The translations under genes were made by a program, and so were the position numbers. The notes beneath the pieces were generated by a model. The model did no database searches. It was not told the origin of the DNA and saw nothing but the letters and a program-made list of their open reading frames with translations. Source: Promethearchaeota archaeon (lineage in GTDB: Archaea; Asgardarchaeota; Lokiarchaeia; Sigyniarchaeales; SOKP01). From it: DNA of 14,148 bases. The stretch spans positions 1-14,148 of the forward strand of contig JAEOTP010000046.1 in assembly GCA_016839765.1 (NCBI GenBank), in the 5' to 3' direction. This document shows positions 8,029 to 14,148 of the stretch, piece by piece (position 1 is the stretch's first letter; every line of letters begins with the position of its first letter).

Positions 8029-9693
8029 ATGGCTGTCGTCTACATGCGAAAGTTGGAGCAAGAACCAAAAAGTTATGACTCAAATTTTACTACTCTTACA
8101 AAGGGAGTAAATCTCGAAATTCAAGATTGGGTTCTTGATCACATCAATACTTCAGAATCAATTTTAGAAATCGGATGTGGTACCGGTATACTAGCTGCCA
8201 AAATGGCATTAAAAGGGAATGATGTTATTGCTATTGATAAAAATTTTCAAATGATTAATTATGCAATGAAAAATTACCCTCAAAAAGAAAATTTACATTT
8301 ACTATTTCAAATAGGTTCATTTTCTAACCTTCAAGCTGAACATCATTCGAAAGATATATTAGTGAGCACATTCATGTTATCAGAATTACGTCCATTTGAG
8401 CAGCAAATTTTTCTTCGGAATGCATGGAAAGCATTAAAACCAGAAGGACGATTAATTATAGCCGCTGAATTTATCCCTTCGGGATTTTGGAAATTAGTTT
8501 TTAAGATTAAGAGATGGCGGTATAAAAAAAAGCTTAGAAGACTTCGATTAAAAAGTACTTTCCTTTTGAAATGGTTTTTTAATTATCTAGAGCCGATAGG
8601 ATTTAAAATCAATGCTCAAAAAAAATGGAAACATGGCTCTATTCAAGTTATGGAACTAAAAAAGATAAATTACAACCAAACTGAGGAATCTGGTTATTAT
8701 CGTCCTATACCAAAAAAATTTAAGGGACTTCGTTCTCAATTTAGGATTTATCGATGCATTTTTACTGGACAAGTTGATCATGTTCCTATTGAACCAGGCA
8801 TTTACCAAGCTGGCAATCCTGATAAAAATTCTCCGATTATTGTTACAGCCAATTATGAGTATAGCTACATTAAAGTGATGAGAGATTTGAAAGATATTAG
8901 TGCGTGGGTATTATGTGTAGATTCTAATGGAATTAATGTGTGGTGTGCTGCTCGTGGTAATAATTTTGGGAATGCACAACTACTCGAAGCGATAGAAGCG
9001 ACTGGCATTCAAAATTATACAAGTAAAAAAACTTTATTACTCCCCCAACTCTCTGCTGGGGGGGTAGCTATTCCAGATTTACCAATAAATTCAGAAAAAT
9101 TCCCATTTAAGGTAAAATATGGTCCAGTTTGGTCGAAACATATACCAAATTACTTAAAAGATCAACCTTCCAAAAAATCAGAAAAAATGAGGCTTGCCAG
9201 ATTTACAATTTCTCATCGTATCCGCGCTGGAATAACGCATACCACATTTCTATTCCGTAAAATATTCATGTTGCCCATTTTGGCTTTACTAGTGTTATTT
9301 TTAGGCCTATACATCTTTACAGTTTTTGATAAATTATGGTGGATTGGTGAACTGTGTATCTGGATTTTATTTCCTAATATGATTATATTTTTGTTATTTC
9401 CACTTTCAAAATTTACTCAGAAATTTGTAAATAAAGGATTTTTCTTTGGATTTATTAATATAGTCATTTTAGGTGGATTAACGTGGTTAATACATAATTC
9501 AATTTTTTATACTCTGATTAATTTACCTTTTTTCATTTGGATCACATTTTTTTCAACGATGTCTTTTAGTGGTTATACAATGGCAACAAGCCCAAGAAAA
9601 ATTGAAAATGAATATCCCATTTTTAGCAAATTAAATAAAATTTTACTATTGATAAGTTTGGTTTCCTTACCAATTGGAATTATATTTTATTAA
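8029..9693 (+). CDS. hgcA: Fusion protein: N-terminal class I SAM-dependent methyltransferase plus HgcA-like corrinoid-binding domain and C-terminal membrane domain
   Basis: Residues ~1-215: ILEIGCGTG, VIAIDKN, ALKPEGRLII. Residues ~250-400: PGIY..G.P..NSPIIVTANY, GINVWCAARG (cap helix, Cys306, nt 8935-8958), LLLPQLSAGGV, VKYGPV, KMR.ARF. Residues ~405-554: about 5 TM helices with SGYTMATS...E. The symbol indicates homology, not proven Hg methylation. Confidence 0.88.
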   Translation: MAVVYMRKLEQEPKSYDSNFTTLTKGVNLEIQDWVLDHINTSESILEIGCGTGILAAKMALKGNDVIAIDKNFQMINYAMKNYPQKENLHLLFQIGSFSNLQAEHHSKDILVSTFMLSELRPFEQQIFLRNAWKALKPEGRLIIAAEFIPSGFWKLVFKIKRWRYKKKLRRLRLKSTFLLKWFFNYLEPIGFKINAQKKWKHGSIQVMELKKINYNQTEESGYYRPIPKKFKGLRSQFRIYRCIFTGQVDHVPIEPGIYQAGNPDKNSPIIVTANYEYSYIKVMRDLKDISAWVLCVDSNGINVWCAARGNNFGNAQLLEAIEATGIQNYTSKKTLLLPQLSAGGVAIPDLPINSEKFPFKVKYGPVWSKHIPNYLKDQPSKKSEKMRLARFTISHRIRAGITHTTFLFRKIFMLPILALLVLFLGLYIFTVFDKLWWIGELCIWILFPNMIIFLLFPLSKFTQKFVNKGFFFGFINIVILGGLTWLIHNSIFYTLINLPFFIWITFFSTMSFSGYTMATSPRKIENEYPIFSKLNKILLLISLVSLPIGIIFY

Positions 9694-9739
9694 AATAATA
9701 AAAAAAATTAAAAAGTATAAAAAGATAGAGGTTATAAAG

Positions 9740-10045
9740 ATGACAGAAATAGATTTTAAAACACTTAATTTTACCGAAATCGTAAAGAATATACGAATTT
9801 TTATTAATCGAGATGCGTGTAATGGATGTGGATTGTGTAGAGAGATATGTCCTTTTGGATTACCTCAACCTAGCAATAATGGAAAATATGAAATAACAAA
9901 CCCTGATCTCTGCACAGAATGTAGCGCTTGTAAAAGAAATTGTCCGACTCAAGCTATTATTATGCAAGAACAAGCGGGTTGTGGATGTTTGTGGAATGTT
10001 AGGAATAGAGTAAAGAACTCAAATCAATCGTGTAATTGTGGTTAA
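9740..10045 (+). CDS. hgcB: HgcB-like 2x[4Fe-4S] ferredoxin with Cys-rich tail
   Basis: CNGCGLCREICP and CTECSACKRNCP, then AGCGC and a terminal SCNCG; directly downstream of the hgcA-like gene. Start moved from TTG 9674 to ATG 9740, which has a GAGGT RBS at 9728-9732 and avoids overlap. Confidence 0.85.
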   Translation: MTEIDFKTLNFTEIVKNIRIFINRDACNGCGLCREICPFGLPQPSNNGKYEITNPDLCTECSACKRNCPTQAIIMQEQAGCGCLWNVRNRVKNSNQSCNCG

Positions 10046-10063
10046 AATATTTGGTTATTAATC

Positions 10064-10336
10064 ATGGAAGAAAATAACAAATTAAGAGTTGACATTTATG
10101 TTCCATTAGATACATGCTCCTGTGAATGGGATAAGTTTATGAATCGTGTTTTTACTGTTTTAACACCTTATATCAAATATATTACTTATGATACTAAAAA
10201 TCTTAATTCTGAGGAAGCAAGAAACCTAAATTTACATGGAAATACTATAGTTGTTGACAATAAGAAAAAATATACCGCTTCCTATTCATTAAAAACAGAT
10301 TTGCCCAATTTACTTAGAGAAAAAGGTTTGCTTTAA
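10064..10336 (+). CDS. Small thioredoxin-fold-like protein with CxC motif (possible metallochaperone or redox partner)
   Basis: Strand VDIYVP followed by DTCSC, a helix, then EEARNLNLHGNTIVVD resembling the thioredoxin/glutaredoxin C-terminal motif without the cis-Pro. Confidence 0.6.
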   Translation: MEENNKLRVDIYVPLDTCSCEWDKFMNRVFTVLTPYIKYITYDTKNLNSEEARNLNLHGNTIVVDNKKKYTASYSLKTDLPNLLREKGLL

Positions 10337-10366
10337 TCCTATTGATTAAATTAAGGTGGTTAAAAA

Positions 10367-10723
10367 ATTAAAAAAATAGAATTTGAAATTAGTATACCTG
10401 TAAAAGGGCTCCAACAGGGTAAAAAATATACACTTAATGTCGAAGATAATACTGTTTTCATAGAAACATTAGCACTGGTGGATAAAATCGAGATGGCAGA
10501 GACCAAGAACATGATTTTTCCCCTATATGAAGGTTATATTCATAGTTATCTTCAGCTTTTTGTAAATCTAGAAGAAGATTCAATATACGATGATGTTGGG
10601 GTGTATGCATATGCGCCTGATGAGCATGGAATTATGCAAAAGTTTAACCCTATTAGAGAAAATATTGAATTCAACTTATATCCTGATAGTGTGATTCAAT
10701 TACAACCAGATGTAGGATGTTGA
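10367..10723 (+). CDS. Beta-grasp (ubiquitin/MoaD-like) protein ending Gly-Cys; candidate selenoprotein
   Basis: The frame is open upstream of GTG 10478 to TAA 10361-10363. ATT 10367 follows RBS AAGGTGGT (10353-10360) and gives (M)KKIEFEISIPVKGLQQGKKYTLNVEDNTVFIETLALVDK...LYPDSVIQLQPDVGC, which parallels the MoaD/Urm1 'L.DGD.I...P...GG' ending. It ends TGT-TGA-TGA. Confidence 0.65.
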   Translation: MKKIEFEISIPVKGLQQGKKYTLNVEDNTVFIETLALVDKIEMAETKNMIFPLYEGYIHSYLQLFVNLEEDSIYDDVGVYAYAPDEHGIMQKFNPIRENIEFNLYPDSVIQLQPDVGC

Positions 10724-10826
10724 TGAGAAAAGGTGAAAGAAAGATTGGACATTGGAACCCTTAAAACAATAATACGGCAAAAATATGGTAAAAGTAATAA
10801 ATATTTTGCACACTATTTCCAAACTT

Positions 10827-10881
10827 AATTTTTTGGATGATATCTTTCAAGAAATTGTAGTGAAAGGTTGACAAAGGGATT
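10827..10881 (+). other. Eukaryote/Lokiarchaeota-type SECIS-like RNA hairpin
   Basis: Lower stem AATTTTTT (10827-10834) with AAGGGATT (10874-10881; three G-U pairs). Core ATGAT (10837-10841) with TGAC (10869-10872). Upper 8-bp stem ATCTTTCA (10842-10849) with TGAAAGGT (10861-10868). Loop AGAAATTGTAG has unpaired As. Confidence 0.55.
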
Positions 10882-10982
10882 GCCTCCTATATATCATATA
10901 AAAAACCTTAAAATTACTAAAAGACATACTAAAAAAAATTTAGCACATAATTCTCGAAATAATTTAAAAACAAGTGTTATCA

Positions 10983-11414
10983 ATGGAGAAACCAAAAGTA
11001 GTTTTTCTTTGTACTGGAAATTCGGCACGTAGTCAAATGGCAGAAGCATTTCTTAAAAAGCATGCAGGTGAGCATTTTGAAGTATATAGTGCTGGGTTCG
11101 AACCTCAAGGTATACATCCTTTTACTATAAAAGTAATGGAAGAATTAGGTTATGATTTAAAAGATCAATATTCTAAAGAATTAAAGGAATTCTTAGAAAA
11201 AGTTCACTTTGGAATTGTTATAACTGTATGTGAAAAAGCTGAAAAGACCTGCCCAATTATTCCTGGAGTAAGTACTAGGTTATTTTGGTCATTTGAAGAC
11301 CCTGCAGCATTTGAAGGAACAGAACAGGAAAAAATCAATAAATTTCGACAAGTCAGGGACCAAATTCATCAAAAAATTCAAGTATGGTTAAAAGAAAGAG
11401 GAATTTTAAAGTAA
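10983..11414 (+). CDS. arsC: Thioredoxin-coupled arsenate reductase (LMW-PTP fold)
   Basis: FLCTGNSARSQMAE P-loop, YSAG, ITVC......CP redox cysteines and W.FEDP. ATG 10983 is preferred over GTG 10974. Confidence 0.95.
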   Translation: MEKPKVVFLCTGNSARSQMAEAFLKKHAGEHFEVYSAGFEPQGIHPFTIKVMEELGYDLKDQYSKELKEFLEKVHFGIVITVCEKAEKTCPIIPGVSTRLFWSFEDPAAFEGTEQEKINKFRQVRDQIHQKIQVWLKERGILK

Positions 11415-11418
11415 ATCA

Positions 11419-11427
11419 TCTTTTTTT
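11419..11427 (+). terminator. Oligo-T terminator candidate for the ars operon
   Basis: TCTTTTTTT just after the arsC stop. Confidence 0.45.
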
Positions 11428-11526
11428 AAAATTCAAGTTAAAATTAATTTGTTTTAATTTATCTACTCCTTTATTTTAAAATCTGAAACTTAAAAAATAA
11501 TTATTTATTTAAATTTTCAACTAGCC

Positions 11527-12474
11527 ATGGATATTTTCACTCACTTTATAATCGGAATACTTGCCAGTATTTATGGCCTTAAATCTTTACCATTTAGCCT
11601 TGTAATTTATGCCGCCATAATGTCAGTAATTGCTGATTTTGATATATTTCTAGAACCACTACGTTTGATTAAAAAGTCAAATTTTTTATCCCATAAAGGG
11701 TTATCCCATTCATATTTTACTGCTTTGTTATTTTCGTTTTTTACAGCAATATTATTTACCTTTATTACCAATGAAAACTTCTTGATTGCTTGGATTATTG
11801 GATTTCTTTTTTATAGTCTACATGTTACACTGGATTTAATAACAGCATCAAAAATTCCGATATTCTATCCTTTTTCGAAGAAAAGATATCGATTTTTCAT
11901 AGATAGAGCTATCAATTTATTTTTAGCTCTAATCTCTGGACTTGTTGTTTTATCTTATTTTTTAATGTTCTTTTATTTACCAGAATTATTCTTTTCTAAT
12001 TTATATCATTATATTTTTGGATTTTATCTCGCATATTTCTCTTATCGGTTCATTTCTAAAATCTGGATTCAATTCAAATTACCAAAAAATTCTCTTTACA
12101 TCCCCGGTATTCTTCCTTTTGTTTATTTTATTTATGAAAATAGTTCCTTAGGAAACTCCAATTTATTTAAATTTACAAAAAAAATTCAATTTTCAAACAA
12201 AAATTCTCTTCTTTTACAATCTGAATTATCTAAGAGCTCCAATGATATAAAGTTCTATGAAAAGGCTATAAAAATTTCAAAAGATTATGTATTTTTTACT
12301 AAGTGGGAAGCAGTTATTCCAATAGTAGAAAAAGATGATGAATATTACACTATACTTTTAGTATTAACAGAAAGCTATTTTTCAGGGTCAGCCTACGCGC
12401 TCAAAATGGTATTTAATAGAAAATCAGATACAATTGAAAATATATCTGGCGGATTTAACTTGTTTAAATTATAA
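11527..12474 (+). CDS. Membrane-bound metal-dependent hydrolase (YdjM-like)
   Basis: MDIFTH, ADFD, HKGLSHS, SLHVTLD and FYPFS motifs with multiple TM segments. Confidence 0.85.
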   Translation: MDIFTHFIIGILASIYGLKSLPFSLVIYAAIMSVIADFDIFLEPLRLIKKSNFLSHKGLSHSYFTALLFSFFTAILFTFITNENFLIAWIIGFLFYSLHVTLDLITASKIPIFYPFSKKRYRFFIDRAINLFLALISGLVVLSYFLMFFYLPELFFSNLYHYIFGFYLAYFSYRFISKIWIQFKLPKNSLYIPGILPFVYFIYENSSLGNSNLFKFTKKIQFSNKNSLLLQSELSKSSNDIKFYEKAIKISKDYVFFTKWEAVIPIVEKDDEYYTILLVLTESYFSGSAYALKMVFNRKSDTIENISGGFNLFKL

Positions 12475-12672
12475 AACATTGCAGATATCTATTCTTTTTT
12501 ACAGTTAAAAGTTTCACGAGTAAAACTAAAAATAAGTTTCTTCTTTTAAGTTTTCAATGAAAGATTTTCTATTTATAATAAATATTTAAATATATGTTTA
12601 TCTGAAACACTAATTGTCAAATCTAATTTGAATAAAAAATTAAATTCTAAATTATATAGAAGTGATAAAAAT

Positions 12673-14091
12673 ATGGAACGTTCAACAAAAAGAATTCTTG
12701 CAATAGTCCTTGTAATAGCAATTGCAGGTGCTGGAATAGGAATTGGACTCTGGTTTGTTTTCGCGCCACAAGAATCTGTCTTTGAAACTCCTGGAGTTTC
12801 AGGTGTTTCTGATGATCGAATAATTAAAATTGGCTTACTTGGAGGTATAACTGAAATACAAGGAAAAGGAAATTATGAAGGTGCGTGGTTAGCAGCCCGT
12901 AATATCAATCAAGCTGGTGGTGTTGAAGTTAATGGTACAATTTATTATATAGGGCTTGTAACTGAAGATACGGATGAATCAAATCCTGTCCTTGATGTTA
13001 CTAAGGGAAATTCTGCGGCTGAAAAAATAATTGAAGTAGATGGTGCAGAATATATCATCGGTGGATTTAGAACAGAAGCTTTAAAAGCCTATATTGAAGT
13101 TGTTATGGATGCTAAAAAGTTATTTCTTGGAACTGGGGCATCAACAGATTATTTCTGCGGTAATGTTTACGGAGAAGCGTATTCTAGTTACACCAGATAT
13201 AAATATTGGTTTAGGGTTATGCCTATTAATTCAAGTGCATTAGGAGGATCGCAAATCCGTGAAATGGCTTATCTCAAGTCATATTTGACTGCTGTACTTG
13301 GCAAAAATGTTACCGAGGTGGCTATTTTACGAGAAGGTTTAGACTGGACCATTCCAATGGATAATGCACTTCAAACCTACCTTCCCCTATACGGATACAA
13401 TATAGTAGCTGATATTGATTATCCAATTACAGCTACAGCAACGGATTTTGCTACTTACTGGAATCAAATCCAGGCAGCAGGTGCCCAAATCGTAGTTCCA
13501 GTAATTTCTGCTCAAGGTGGACTTTATATGATGTCTCAATATAAAGCTCTCACACCCCAATGTCTTATTGTAGGTATCGATGTCCAATCACAGTTAGATA
13601 CATTTTGGGAAGATACTGGTGGTACCGACGTCATAGTTGGAGATTGTGCATATGAAGTGATAATGCAATCAGTTTATAATACAAGTAAAACAGCCTTAAC
13701 AGTAGCCTTCTGGAATGATTTTTTTGCTACATTTGATCATGAACCACTATACACCGCCGTAGGAGCCTATGACGCTGTAACTTTAATAGCTGATGGTATT
13801 AACGCAACTGGAAGATTTAAGGCTGAAACGCTAATAGGTTGGCTCGAAAGCTTTACAAAAGCTAGTCCGTTGACTGGAACGAGTGTTTCAACAGGTTCAG
13901 TGGCTTGGAATCCATCTCACGATATAGTATCTTCCATAGAAGCGGGTTGGCCATTCGGTTCTACTTTATACTGCCAATGGCAAACAGATGGTACAAAACA
14001 TGTTATTTCATCTGGAAATTTACTTTATCCAGACAGTATAGTAACAGGACCTCTAGCAATCCCTCCTTGGGGTATTAATGACCCCCCCTAA
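12673..14091 (+). CDS. ABC transporter substrate-binding protein, LivJ/LivK-like (type 1 periplasmic binding fold), N-terminal membrane anchor
   Basis: Hydrophobic anchor ILAIVLVIAIAGAGIGIGLWFVF, then IKIGLLG, LAARNINQAGGV, IIGGFRTE, YWFRV and AYDAV. ATG 12673 (after AGTGAT) is preferred over TTG 12628. Confidence 0.9.
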   Translation: MERSTKRILAIVLVIAIAGAGIGIGLWFVFAPQESVFETPGVSGVSDDRIIKIGLLGGITEIQGKGNYEGAWLAARNINQAGGVEVNGTIYYIGLVTEDTDESNPVLDVTKGNSAAEKIIEVDGAEYIIGGFRTEALKAYIEVVMDAKKLFLGTGASTDYFCGNVYGEAYSSYTRYKYWFRVMPINSSALGGSQIREMAYLKSYLTAVLGKNVTEVAILREGLDWTIPMDNALQTYLPLYGYNIVADIDYPITATATDFATYWNQIQAAGAQIVVPVISAQGGLYMMSQYKALTPQCLIVGIDVQSQLDTFWEDTGGTDVIVGDCAYEVIMQSVYNTSKTALTVAFWNDFFATFDHEPLYTAVGAYDAVTLIADGINATGRFKAETLIGWLESFTKASPLTGTSVSTGSVAWNPSHDIVSSIEAGWPFGSTLYCQWQTDGTKHVISSGNLLYPDSIVTGPLAIPPWGINDPP

Positions 14092-14126
14092 AAAAGAAAA
14101 CAACCGTATAATAAAATCAAATCAAA

Positions 14127-14146
14127 TTTTTTTTTTTCTTTTTTTT
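14127..14146 (+). terminator. Long oligo-T terminator
   Basis: Nearly pure T tract about 35 nt after the stop; also complementary to AAAAAAGAAAA at 14090-14100. Confidence 0.6.
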
Positions 14147-14148
14147 CA

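Noticed and set aside
8029-8670. Methyltransferase domain as ArsM
   Set aside because: Lacks the conserved As-binding Cys set of ArsM; its only Cys is in the SAM motif GCG.
8770-9240. Corrinoid domain as CODH/ACS gamma subunit (CdhE/AcsC)
   Set aside because: It has the HgcA-type Cys cap helix, a C-terminal TM domain and an adjacent HgcB-like gene, and lacks the Fe-S and TIM-barrel domains and cdh context.
9740-10723. hgcB and the two following genes share one reading frame (read-through polyprotein?)
   Set aside because: They are separated by TAA stops and have their own starts; the shared frame is plausibly chance.
10785-10901. Small ORF MVKVINILHTISKLNFLDDIFQEIVVKG-TGA-QRDCLLYII as a gene or selenoprotein
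   Set aside because: Only 28 codons, no clear RBS and no recognisable motif (UxxxC, not UxxC). Its TGA is the 3' strand of the SECIS-like core. A gene remnant cannot be fully excluded.
5000-11520. ars-hgc cluster as a mobile element
   Set aside because: No transposase, integrase, tRNA target or terminal repeats seen.
13387-13587. 66-aa Cys-rich minus-strand ORF
   Set aside because: Lies wholly antisense within the solute-binding protein gene; the Cys arise from complementary GCA/ACA triplets.

Overview
AT-rich archaeal window, inferred to be Asgard/Lokiarchaeia-like from GGTGA-type ribosome-binding sites, BRE/TATA-like promoters and gene content. Left (minus strand): a chromosome-maintenance operon made of a degenerate CDC48-like AAA+ protein, an SMC ATPase with SMC5/6-like motifs whose real N-terminus lies upstream of the ORF call and has no ATG/GTG/TTG start, and the start of a probable kleisin. 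Centre (about 5.1-11.4 kb): an arsenic-resistance-type cluster with DUF2769 and arsR on the minus strand, divergent from DUF166, acr3, a SAM-methyltransferase fused to an HgcA-like corrinoid membrane protein, an HgcB-like 2x[4Fe-4S] ferredoxin, a CxC thioredoxin-like protein, a beta-grasp-like protein ending Gly-Cys-TGA-TGA followed by a eukaryote-type SECIS-like hairpin, and arsC. Right: a membrane metal-dependent hydrolase and a LivJ/K-like ABC solute-binding protein. The best candidate for a new system is an ArsR-controlled, SAM/cobalamin-dependent metal(loid) methylation module that may include an unrecognised selenoprotein. All calls come from reading motifs by eye; no searches were run.
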